DNA of 64,000 bases, from assembly GCA_037142195.1 (NCBI GenBank), contig JBAXBA010000002.1, positions 30,719 through 94,718 of the forward strand. Reading direction: 5' to 3'. The position numbers and the translations under genes were made by a program. Shown here piece after piece: positions 1 through 8,682 of the stretch; the stretch's first letter is position 1; every line of letters begins with the position of its first letter. The notes under the pieces were generated by a model, which was not told where the DNA came from, did not search any database, and saw only the letters and a program-made list of their open reading frames with translations. This stretch comes from Pseudomonadota bacterium. Lineage in GTDB: Bacteria; Bdellovibrionota_B; Oligoflexia; Oligoflexales; CAIMVM01.

Positions 1-1097
1 GCAGCGCCCAGGTCTCCTAAGTTTTTTTCACATTGCCCCTGTAGATGTAAGTTCATGGCCGTGGCAGGAGGACCTAATGATGCTGCTTGTTTAAAATGAA
101 CGAGTGCTTTTTCGTGATTTTTTATTTTGCAAAAATGCAAACCTAATTCGCTATGGGACGTTGAGTCATAGGGATCCAAATGAGACATTTGTGAAAAGGC
201 TGCGACCGCTTGATCTGTATCATTACGTGAGAGGTAGAGCTTAGCAAATGATTGCCACAAAGTGGCTTGTAACTCATCTCGAAGTGTGGACCAAGGTTTA
301 TTCTCAGTGTTGATCATTTGAGAGGCTTGTAGAGCACGATCCATTAACTTTAGGACTGAGTCGTACGACAATCCTGGTGTCATGGCAAGACCCCTTAAAG
401 CTGTCGACCACTTGAGGGCTTGCCCCCAATCTTTTGGCGAAAATTTGAGCCAACTGTCGAGATTGGAAAGAATCGCAGCTGCGTGTTTACGAGCGTGAAT
501 CTGGCCGCGTTCGAATCGGGATGACACGACTACAATGCGTGCTATAAGCGAAATATGTTCGAGCAGTAAGGCATTATCAACGGTGGAAGCCATCTCGGCA
601 AGATTTTCAAGTTTGCTAAACGAAGCTGAAATGCCAAGATCTAAATCTAGTATTTGGAAAAGAAGTGCTCGTTGGCTTTCGTATTTGAAGAATATAGTTG
701 AACTTGCATCTGTGGACTTAAAAGCTCGAATTTCTTCTATAAGTCCATATCGAGCAAGCACAGCCATCAAAGGAATTAGAACGGAATCTACGTGATAAGA
801 GTCACAAGGTAAATGTGCTACAGATGATGCAGCATCCGCCAGTCGCTTTCGAAATGACTTTAGTTCGGTGGCAGCTTCCGCATTTTCTAATCGATCTATT
901 TCGTGAAAAAATTCCGGGTTTGGAATTCTTTGGGGAAATGAAATGTCTTTTGCGCGCCCAGCAAGTAATCCCTCGATTCCATTTACGTGAGACCAAAACC
1001 AGGCAAAGAACTCGGAATTCCGAGTGGAATAGGAGCTCGAATATCCGCAATATCCAGGCGTAATATTTGAAAAATTCGCATTTATTAAAGGCAACAA
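1..1097 (-). CDS. Tetratricopeptide-repeat protein, 3'-partial (runs off the window; absent from the ORF track)
   Basis: Manual translation gives an open minus-strand frame from TTG at 1097/1094 (GGAGAG upstream) to the window edge, ~365 codons. The C-terminal part is TPR-like: LWQSFAKLYLSRNDTDQAVAAFSQMSHLDPYDSTSHSELGLHFCKIKNHEKALVHFKQAASLGP. Confidence 0.8.
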   Translation of the reverse strand, partial: MLPLINANFSNITPGYCGYSSSYSTRNSEFFAWFWSHVNGIEGLLAGRAKDISFPQRIPNPEFFHEIDRLENAEAATELKSFRKRLADAASSVAHLPCDSYHVDSVLIPLMAVLARYGLIEEIRAFKSTDASSTIFFKYESQRALLFQILDLDLGISASFSKLENLAEMASTVDNALLLEHISLIARIVVVSSRFERGQIHARKHAAAILSNLDSWLKFSPKDWGQALKWSTALRGLAMTPGLSYDSVLKLMDRALQASQMINTENKPWSTLRDELQATLWQSFAKLYLSRNDTDQAVAAFSQMSHLDPYDSTSHSELGLHFCKIKNHEKALVHFKQAASLGPPATAMNLHLQGQCEKNLGDLGA

Positions 1098-1146
1098 ATA
1101 CTCTCCATTTAGTCTTCAGTCTATGAGAGGAATTTTGGGTTCAGGA

Positions 1147-1166
1147 AGGGGGACTGTAGTCCCCCT
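1147..1166. repeat. Perfect 9-bp inverted repeat (AGGGGGACT-GT-AGTCCCCCT)
   Basis: Read directly from the sequence; ~50 bp upstream of the TPR gene. Function unknown. Confidence 0.6.
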
Positions 1167-1511
1167 CTTGGCTATTGCCATGCTCCTACCGGTATTACTT
1201 TTAAGTACCTGCGTAGTTTGCGCCGGCAGCTTTCCGTTTAGACTTAAACATTATCATTCTCCTTTCTGTTTTCCCATTGTTTGACTTGAGGTCTTTCATG
1301 CACTGAGCTGGTGTTTCGCTGGCCCATAAATTGAGGCCTTTGAAAGCTGAGTACTTTGAAAAACCGCAAAAACTCACAACGATCCAAAGGCAATCTCCGT
1401 GCCACTAGTTTTTTCACTGGCAACCCCTCGAAACCACGTCCAAACCTAGTATAGCGGGTGCTCCAAAACTCTAAATTCGTCCCGGCCGTGGTACAAAATC
1501 TTTTCATTTGC

Positions 1512-1754
1512 CTAGAATATGGGCAAAAGTGGTAAATAAATGGACCCACAGGGATAAGCGAGGCCATCAAAGACTAGGCGATCCGATATGTCTTTCGGAG
1601 AATCCTCAAGCAAGGCCTTTAAAACTCCAAACACGGCGTAATCTTTCCATACTATTTCACTGGAAATCCCCAGCGCATCTGCAGTATTCAAAGTGGCATC
1701 ATGGATTTTTTCATCTAAAAAGAGTGAGCCAAAGTTGGACATTAGGGACTCCAT
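1512..1754 (-). pseudogene. Truncated AbiEii-type nucleotidyltransferase toxin (N-terminal fragment)
   Basis: TADALGISSEIVWKDYAVFGVLKALL...RLVF resembles the AbiEii N-terminus (IEKDY...LVFKGGT), but similarity ends where KGGT should be. Only 80 aa, directly downstream of a DUF6088 gene. Confidence 0.7.
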
Positions 1755-1769
1755 CCGGAAGATATTTGG

Positions 1770-2432
1770 TCAATTCAAATGAAAAACAAATTCCAGATTC
1801 CTAATGGCTTTCCGCCCCTTCTGACCACCAAGACGTGTACATATATCGCGCAAGCAACTTCGACTTATGAAGTTGATTTTAAGGAAGCGCTTAAAGCCAA
1901 GAGCTACCTCAGCACTCGATTCATTGCCTATTTTGTCAAGAGAGACGAGTGCTAGATATGACTTGAGCTCGCTATCGCTTAAATCCTGGTACTTCTCCAT
2001 TGGCACCGTAACAACCTTCAAGGCTTTCGAATTTCCAGGAAAACGCACGGGAGCTATAAATGATTTCTGTACTGGAACTTGGGTGGTTAAAGCCATCTCA
2101 TAGAAAAGCGTTGCTCCCACGGGTATCAATCGGTTGATTCGAATACGCTCATTCCCAAACGATGCTTGATCACGGGCCCGCTTCTCCAAAAGAAGCTTTT
2201 GCAAAACCGCCTCATCCGAAGCACGACTTGGGCCTACCAACGTCTCCTTAGGAAGGTAATACATTCCCCTGGAGTAGCGCTTGATCTTCGACTGAGCCTC
2301 CAAGCGGGAAAGTGCCCGCTGCACTGTGCCTGCTGAAAAGCGAGGAATCGCCACATCCCTCCAGCTGAAAACTGACCCTGATTTAAATTCTCTTATTTTA
2401 TTGAGGACTTGACGAGAACACAAACCGCGCAT
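1770..2432 (-). CDS. DUF6088-family / AbiEi-like type IV antitoxin (N-terminal wHTH)
   Basis: GSVFS...TVQRALSRLEAQSKIKRYSRGMYYLPK and GATLFYEMALTTQVP motifs; operonic with the AbiEii fragment. Confidence 0.75.
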   Translation of the reverse strand: MRGLCSRQVLNKIREFKSGSVFSWRDVAIPRFSAGTVQRALSRLEAQSKIKRYSRGMYYLPKETLVGPSRASDEAVLQKLLLEKRARDQASFGNERIRINRLIPVGATLFYEMALTTQVPVQKSFIAPVRFPGNSKALKVVTVPMEKYQDLSDSELKSYLALVSLDKIGNESSAEVALGFKRFLKINFISRSCLRDICTRLGGQKGRKAIRNLEFVFHLN

Positions 2433-2719
2433 GTTAAATTCCCCTATACTCTTATATATCCGAATAGTTACTATCGGTTTTGTCTAAAAATAATTTAATT
2501 AGATTCAGTCAAAAAGTGAGATAATATATTATTTTTATTGATTTATTAGTCTCGTTCAAAAGAGAGAACGTTGTTCCAGATAACTGGTTAATTATTTAGG
2601 GGCAATACTTCAGAGCCAACAAATACATCACACCAGAATCTAAGCAGTCCGGCTATGGGGCGCCACTGAAAGAAAGTTTTTCAACTAAGCGCGAACTCGA
2701 AAATGAGCTTCGTCTCCGG

Positions 2720-2785
2720 CTTGTGCATTCTTGTGCAATTGGCCTTGCCTTGTGCATTCTTGTGCATTATGATCTCCCTTGTGCA
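2720..2785 (+). promoter_or_regulatory. Five direct copies of CTTGTGCA, putative operator array
   Basis: Copies start at 2720, 2730, 2749, 2759 and 2778 (spacing 10-19-10-19), ending ~50 bp upstream of the ATG at 2834. Confidence 0.6.
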
Positions 2786-2833
2786 ATTAGCAGTGACGAA
2801 TTTCTAGAAGGGCATACTGGAAAGGAATCTTCG

Positions 2834-4183
2834 ATGTTTGGAAAAGAGATGCTTGGAAAAGAGATGCTTGACCGAGAGTCAAAAACACTGGAGTACAAGC
2901 GGGAATTACCCTCGAATCTGGCGGGCATAATTAAGACATGCGTCGCATTTTCTAATACTGCCGGCGGCCGCATTGTTCTAGGGGTTGAAGATGAAAACCG
3001 GAGTGTGATTGGCCTGACCGATAGGGAGATGGAAAAGGCGCTCGAGATCTTAGCTTCAGCTATTTACGAGGCAGTAACGCCAGCTGTTGTAGCCGAGGTG
3101 TTTAACCTGACCATTGATGAAAAGCATCTGATCATTGTTGACGTCGCTCGGGGCAGCAGTCCTCCTTATTTTGTCAAACGGCTTGGATCGACGAAAGGTG
3201 TTTTTGTTCGAGTAGGACCAACAACTCGACCCGCCTCACTGGAACACATTCACGAGTTAATGAGTTTTCGAAGTCGATACTCTTTTGATGAGGAATCCCT
3301 CCAGGGCTCAATGGATGAAATTGATGCAGGACTCATAGAGCAGGCATATGGCCGTTCTCCAAGTCGTGAGCTCTTGATGTCGGAAAAGGTGTTGTTAAAA
3401 TCCGTTCAGAATCAGCCCGCCTTGTCGCTGGCAGCCATGGTCGCTTTCGGAAAACGACCTGACAGACAAATCCCGGAAGCGGCGGTTATCTGCACGCGAT
3501 TTCAAGGAACATCGGGACGAGACATTATCGAGTCCAGCGAGATCCACGGGCCAATCTCCGATTTGACATCGCGTGTACTCGATTTTCTTCAGCGGCATTT
3601 GGAAAGAAACTTTAAATTGCGCGGCGCAAAGCTCAGCGGAATGGAATTGATACCTTTAGCCGCTTTACGCGAGGCGGTTGTCAACGCATTGATTCATCGA
3701 AAATACAATGTTCCCTCTCCTGTTAAGGTGGCAGTCTTTGACAATCGTGTAGAGATTTTTAGCCCGGGAGGACTTCCAGGCCTGATCACGTTAAAGCAGC
3801 TGGGTGACGGGAGCAGCCATTTGCGCAACCCTCTTCTTGCAAAGTTCGCAAGACGCCTCAGGATCATGGAAAAACTTGGCTCCGGAGTTCGCGTGATGCT
3901 TGAAGAGTGTCAAAAACGGGGCATCGTGCCGCCCGAGTTTTTTGAAGATGGCGATTACGTAAAAGTTGTGTTCGGCACCGAGCGGAGTCAGCAAAACGCC
4001 CATGAGCTATCAAGCGTTATCGCGGACTTGTTCCTAAGGCAGCAAATAGTTCGAGTGAGCGAAATCTCAAAATGTGTAAAGGTATCTCGAAATACAATTA
4101 CCAATGCTCTAAATCGGTTGCTCGAGGAGGGCAAGATATCAAGGCATGGCAAAGGCGCGGGCACCTACTACACGCGAACGTGA
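2834..4183 (+). CDS. Schlafen/AlbA_2 domain + HATPase_c_4 + C-terminal wHTH protein (COG2865-like)
   Basis: ESKTLEYK...CVAFSNTAGGRIVLGVED (AlbA_2); ALREAVVNALIHRKY, RVEIFSPGGL, RNPLLA, EKLGSG (HATPase_c_4); terminal HTH ending GKGAGTYY. Start moved from 2723 to ATG 2834 because the extension translates the repeat array. A 15-bp tandem duplication (2838-2867) gives GKEML twice. Confidence 0.88.
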   Translation: MFGKEMLGKEMLDRESKTLEYKRELPSNLAGIIKTCVAFSNTAGGRIVLGVEDENRSVIGLTDREMEKALEILASAIYEAVTPAVVAEVFNLTIDEKHLIIVDVARGSSPPYFVKRLGSTKGVFVRVGPTTRPASLEHIHELMSFRSRYSFDEESLQGSMDEIDAGLIEQAYGRSPSRELLMSEKVLLKSVQNQPALSLAAMVAFGKRPDRQIPEAAVICTRFQGTSGRDIIESSEIHGPISDLTSRVLDFLQRHLERNFKLRGAKLSGMELIPLAALREAVVNALIHRKYNVPSPVKVAVFDNRVEIFSPGGLPGLITLKQLGDGSSHLRNPLLAKFARRLRIMEKLGSGVRVMLEECQKRGIVPPEFFEDGDYVKVVFGTERSQQNAHELSSVIADLFLRQQIVRVSEISKCVKVSRNTITNALNRLLEEGKISRHGKGAGTYYTRT

Positions 4184-4346
4184 CGGTAATGGTGCCAGCT
4201 GCCAAAAAAATCTCGCCTTGCAATCGCGTATATCATGGGCGAACAAGTAATCTTTAGCGACTTCTGAAACGACATGACGTTTCCGGCTGCTTTTAGAAAG
4301 TGGGGAAATGGCGACACGCCTAAAGGGATTATTAAGATAATATGAG

Positions 4347-4784
4347 GTGAAAAATATGATACGAAGTGAAACAGAATATCAAAAAGCTATTGGGCGAGTT
4401 AAGAATGAAAAAGAACTCATTGAAAAAGCCAAAAAAAATCTAAAAAACAAAGGGTTAAAATCAAAAGAAATAGAGAGAGCTTTAAACCCCTTGCTGTCTT
4501 TCACAGCGCAGTTAGAAGAAGAAATAGAAACCTACGAAAAAATTAAAAGAGGTGATTTCGAAACCATTGAAAACTTCGATGGATTAGGTCGATCTTTGAT
4601 TGCCTTACGTATAAACAAAAATATGTCCCAAAAAGATCTGGCGGATAAACTAAAAATTGCAGAGTCGCAGATTTCTCGTTATGAAAAGAATGAGTACCGA
4701 GGCATTTCCATGGAACGAGTCAACGAAATATTAAACGCTCTTCATGCAAAAGCGGTTACAAAATTTGAAATTCTTGTGGCTTGA
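4347..4784 (+). CDS. XRE-family HTH regulator, HigA-like antitoxin
   Basis: MIRSETEYQKA N-terminus and C-terminal HTH LIALRINKNMSQKDLADKLKIAESQISRYE. Confidence 0.8.
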   Translation: MKNMIRSETEYQKAIGRVKNEKELIEKAKKNLKNKGLKSKEIERALNPLLSFTAQLEEEIETYEKIKRGDFETIENFDGLGRSLIALRINKNMSQKDLADKLKIAESQISRYEKNEYRGISMERVNEILNALHAKAVTKFEILVA

Positions 4785-4984
4785 AATGGGGCGCGGGAAT
4801 TCACCGGGACGCTTTAGATCAGAATATTTTTGTTGATTCCACTATTTATGTTCCTATAGCTGCCTGAAGATGTGCTGGTTGCGGCACTGCAGAAGCTGTG
4901 TATGCCACCAAGGTGATAGATACGCAAGTTTCCAAGTTCACTGGTTAGAGCCAGCCTTGCCTTTTTAAGTCCATTGGCACCTGT

Positions 4985-5329
4985 TCAAATCATTTGCTTG
5001 TCTTGTTTTGCTAACTTAGTTTCGATAGTGGAACTTAATATCCCGCTTGCAGATTGGTCTAAGGACTTTTCTGGGAAAGAGTCCAGGTCCTCTCCATCCA
5101 TCGCTGGCATCATCAGAAATTCTGACTCGGTAAGCGCCGAGCCAATAATAAGTGTATCGAAGAACTCTCCGCCAAAAATCTCTTGGTTTTTGCTAACCAT
5201 GTAGTGCATTCTCTGGGCTCGGGACATCCCCTGAAAGGAAGAGGATGTGACTATAAATTCGACGCCTGTCGGAAGCCTGTCTCTCAAGATACGGACTTGA
5301 GCATCGGAAAAGTCCTGAGAAAAACCCAT
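4985..5329 (-). CDS. Small HEPN partner protein with a BolA-like / degenerate MNT-like motif
   Basis: ATG at 5329 lies 2 nt after the HEPN stop. IVTSSSFQGMSRAQR and ALTESE recall BolA (VVSxxFxGxSxxxR ... ALTPxE). Confidence 0.6.
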   Translation of the reverse strand: MGFSQDFSDAQVRILRDRLPTGVEFIVTSSSFQGMSRAQRMHYMVSKNQEIFGGEFFDTLIIGSALTESEFLMMPAMDGEDLDSFPEKSLDQSASGILSSTIETKLAKQDKQMI

Positions 5330-5331
5330 TT

Positions 5332-5742
5332 TTATTCGTTCCAATAGTTTAATTCTATCCATTTCAACAACCATTCCGATGAGTTACAGTATTTGTCAGC
5401 TAATGCCCTATCGGCATCTCCATAATATCTATCCCTTGGGGCCCAAACATTAGCATCCCCAGCAATTTCTACCAGCAATTTATAGGCCAAGACATCTTGA
5501 ACAAAGAGGCTCTGAAGAAATCCGTTCCGCTTCTGAAGCAGATCCATAATTCTATGCCCCCAAAATTCGCTATCTTCGGCATCTGGGAAGGTCTGAAATA
5601 AAAGAGATTTTAGTGCCAGTTCGATTGCAAAAAAAGCATTTTCTACCGAATTATTAAAATGCATGTTCTTATTGGAAAGAATGGCTCCCGCCAACTTTTC
5701 TTTTGCATTTCTACTTAATTTCTCCCATTTTTTGACTTCCAC
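5332..5742 (-). CDS. HEPN domain protein (putative RNase toxin)
   Basis: AFFAIELALKSLL, FWGHRIMDLL and W-x4-RY motifs; 136 aa; purine-rich RBS upstream. Confidence 0.78.
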   Translation of the reverse strand: MEVKKWEKLSRNAKEKLAGAILSNKNMHFNNSVENAFFAIELALKSLLFQTFPDAEDSEFWGHRIMDLLQKRNGFLQSLFVQDVLAYKLLVEIAGDANVWAPRDRYYGDADRALADKYCNSSEWLLKWIELNYWNE

Positions 5743-6293
5743 CCCCTATTTCCTCCAGCGCCGTCGACTTCGATGCAAAATTTATATCCTGCTTCTCCTC
5801 AGATAGACTTCTGAATCAGGACTCCAAGCCGTTTCAACTCGATTTAAAGCAAACACAAGTACTACTGAGAAAAGCTTTCCAAATACCAACTCTCCTGATC
5901 TCCTTGTGCCGATCGACTTTACGCAAATGGTCGATACCAGCCCTTTTATTCCTTAAATGCCAGTGGGTATCAAAAAGGAGCTTCTTCAAGGAAAAAACCC
6001 CAATTTCTAGCCCATCTATAAATAGAGGCTTAGACGCCACAAGACCGGTCTACGCAATTTTACAGGTTATGCGCCCACAGGAATTTACTAAGATAGAGCC
6101 GTGTGAGAAATTAATCTAAGTCACCATAAAAGCCACAGTTAAAATAGGTTCGCTGGTAGAACGGGTAGATTGATATAGCCCTATGATCTTGGAAGAAGTC
6201 CTCATCGTGGCAGTTCATCAGATCCTAAGCAGACTAGTTCGAAATGGTTTTTTTCTGCTTCTTGAAGAGCCTTTGACGACTCCAAACTCTTTT

Positions 6294-6530
6294 TTATTTT
6301 GGTTGCACTAGATTCTTACGCCTCTCAAGTCGCATGCTGTTGCTTGTCCAATACTCAGTGACAGATTTGATGTAGCCATCTCGATCAATCTCAAAAAATG
6401 AAACTACAAAAAGATCTCGCGCATTGCCGTAATGCTTTATTGGCTCGAAAAAAAATTTAAAAATTTTGCAAATACCTTATCCCATTGATCATAGTCATAA
6501 ATACTATTTTGAATTCGAATATTGTAGTCA
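6294..6530 (-). pseudogene. Degraded SnoaL/NTF2-like gene remnant
   Basis: Manual translation of 6476-6294 gives LFVVSFFEIDRDGYIKSVTEYW...RRKNLV*, resembling a SnoaL-like C-terminus. No in-frame start upstream of the motif; AAGGAGG lies near 6545-6552. Confidence 0.4.
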
Positions 6531-6814
6531 CTAATATGGCGATGACCTCCTTCAATGAAATTATCGGCTCCTACGATAATCTCTTCTGATTGGGGCCAGT
6601 ATGCTTAAAAATCTTCAGAAAGGCTTGCTCCGAAATATGCAATTAGCCATTAAGGCTAAATCAACGGTCGTTAATTTTGGATTCCTAATAATTGATTCCA
6701 ATGCCATTTTCTGAGACGTATTCAGCATGTATTTATATTTTTCTCTGATCTTTTCTCTGACTTTGAGTTCGAGTCAGTCGGATAACTGGTAACCAATACA
6801 ATCCTCATTTTTTA

Positions 6815-7963
6815 TTAAGATCCCAACTCACCATTCCAGAGGGCCTGTACAAACTCTCGCCATGGCCAGACTTCAATCCCATCGTCAAGACGTCGTCTAG
6901 AGCTATCAAGACTCACGATGATGCGCCTTTTACAATGGGGATAGTCTTGATAGAGAGCACGGAGACCGCCAAGATGATTGCTATTCACACTTTTTGTTGC
7001 CTTTGCTTCAATTGCCAACTCCATGTCATTGACAATGAAGTCTACTTCGGGACCATTGGCCACGGACCAAAAGCTCATGTCCCAAAAGCATCCGCGATAC
7101 TCGTTGTAGCAACATAGCTCATGAAAAATCCAGTTTTCAAATGCTTTACCAAAAAGCTCCGATTGAGGTTCCAGTGATCGACGCTTTCCCAGAAAATTTA
7201 CAACTCCAACATCATGGAAGTAAAACTTAGGTAACATGCGTTGTCTTCTCTTCGGCCTCAAAGTATAGGCATTCAGCCAACTCCCAAGTAAAGTGTCCTC
7301 CAGTATTTGATAGTGATCACGAATCGTCTGACTGGCGACCCCTACATCGCGAGCGAAGGTTGACATATTCACAGATTCCGTGTCTGATAAAGCGGCCATG
7401 CGCAAGAACTCGCTAAAAGCAGGAATGCTGCGTACGGCAGACTCAGCGGCAATTTCTTCCTTAAGATAATTGCCACAGTAGCTTGCTAAGTCAGGCCAGA
7501 CATCCTGACTCGAATAGTGAGGCGGCAAATAGCCTTGGTTGAGTGCTCTTACTAAGTTAAACTCGGGACCTACTTCAGCAGCAGATAGTCCATAAATTTG
7601 TCGGCGGTGCGCTCGTCCTCCTAGAAGATTGGCGTGTGTTCGTTTTACCTTCCGCGCGCTAGATCCGCTCAATGCGAAATGGATCCTATGGTTCTCTATG
7701 AGATAATGTACTTCATCTAATAACTCAGGTACTTTTTGAATCTCATCGATGACCACCCAAGACGGTTTGGATTCGGAGATTTCTTCTCGCAAAAGATGAG
7801 GCATAGCCGCATACTTCCCGAAAACATCAGATTTGAGCAAATCTATCCAAACTCCGTCGGGAAATTGATCCCGCAGCAAAGTAGTCTTGCCAGTCTGACG
7901 AGGCCCCCAAAGAAAAAAAGATTTTTGACTATTATTCAATAAAAGCAGACGTTTATAACTCAC
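6815..7963 (-). CDS. AAA+ ATPase (AAA_14) with DUF4143 / PD-(D/E)XK nuclease-like C-terminus
   Basis: Walker A GPRQTGKT, Walker B VVIDEIQ, SGSS, central HTH-like segment, KFYFHDVG, EVDFIV...AIEAK; GGAGG RBS. Confidence 0.92.
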   Translation of the reverse strand: MSYKRLLLLNNSQKSFFLWGPRQTGKTTLLRDQFPDGVWIDLLKSDVFGKYAAMPHLLREEISESKPSWVVIDEIQKVPELLDEVHYLIENHRIHFALSGSSARKVKRTHANLLGGRAHRRQIYGLSAAEVGPEFNLVRALNQGYLPPHYSSQDVWPDLASYCGNYLKEEIAAESAVRSIPAFSEFLRMAALSDTESVNMSTFARDVGVASQTIRDHYQILEDTLLGSWLNAYTLRPKRRQRMLPKFYFHDVGVVNFLGKRRSLEPQSELFGKAFENWIFHELCCYNEYRGCFWDMSFWSVANGPEVDFIVNDMELAIEAKATKSVNSNHLGGLRALYQDYPHCKRRIIVSLDSSRRRLDDGIEVWPWREFVQALWNGELGS

Positions 7964-7973
7964 AATACCTCCA

Positions 7974-7999
7974 CTTGAAAATTACATGTATATTTCAGG
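7974..7999. promoter_or_regulatory. Imperfect 26-bp palindrome upstream of the first AAA ATPase
   Basis: CTTGAAAATTACA|TGTATATTTCAGG, 10 of 13 positions paired, 10 bp from the start codon. Confidence 0.5.
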
Positions 8000-8170
8000 C
8001 ACTAGTTATTATATAGACAACCGGTTTCAAATACTAGACTTTTTCCACCATGTGCCCTTATTTTAAACAGTTGTGATTTCTGCAGCAACTTTTACTTTAT
8101 GACCTTCGTAGGCTCTTGGTTTCTTTTCGTTTATGAAGCTGCCAAGTAATGAACTTAACGTTAGCTGAAC

Positions 8171-8362
8171 AACCCATGCCCTCTATAATTTGGATCCAAA
8201 TTCGAAGTCTTCACACTTCGGGGGTTAGTCTATAGCACCCATGATTTTTTTGACGACTCTAAAACCATCTTTTTTGTATCCCAGAAACCATCTCTTCAAA
8301 AACAGGTAAAATATTTATGAAGGTATGGCACTTGTAGGAATATCGTGAAATCCCCCAGCTAA
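8171..8362. repeat. ~190-bp dispersed element, copy 1
   Basis: Colinear with 11016-11208; contains the perfect palindrome AATTTGGATCCAAATT (8187-8202). Confidence 0.9.
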
Positions 8363-8682
8363 AGATGCAGCAAGTATTTTTTTAATACTACGGCCCCAGG
8401 ACGCTATCATTCCAACTAAAGAAAGGCGTTGGCCATCTTTGGTTAAATGGCCGAGACTGGTGTTTGATTAACAGCTTTCCCACTGTCAAGTGGTCAGGCC
8501 ATACGCCAGGATTCCAAACTTAGTTTTATCTTCATATAGCTCACTTGAATGGGTGCAGCATTACATTAGTCCTTATGGGTGACCGCGTTTAAAAGGGCCT
8601 CACGAAGAGCTTGATCAGGAACAGACGAGGAGGGATTCATGTCTTCCCCGCGTTTACCTCAAAACTCAAAATTAACTTTTAG

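Noticed and set aside
535..1063. Short ORFs 535-795, 802-1050 and 815-1063
   Set aside because: Shadows of the long minus-strand TPR frame.
1244..1570. 108-aa ORF as the frameshifted continuation of AbiEii
   Set aside because: No GGT, RFSEDID or other AbiEii motif is visible in it.
2723..2833. N-terminal extension of the Schlafen protein in the ORF track
   Set aside because: It translates the CTTGTGCA repeat array; the domain begins after ATG 2834.
4985..5140. GS...DGED in the HEPN partner as an MNT catalytic motif
   Set aside because: Spacing is not GS-x10-DxD and it lies at the C-terminus rather than the N-terminus.
5834..6119. Overlapping 68-aa and 71-aa ORFs
   Set aside because: No motif or convincing RBS; cannot be supported as genes.
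8150..8167. AACTTAACGTTAGC as an integron attC end
   Set aside because: No matching opposite core site with a pairing stem, and no integrase recognised in the window.
6591..8398. TGGGGCC(A)GTA...TTAAAAA-like inverted ends flanking ATPase 1 as transposon termini
   Set aside because: The match is short and gapped, and I found no target-site duplication or transposase.
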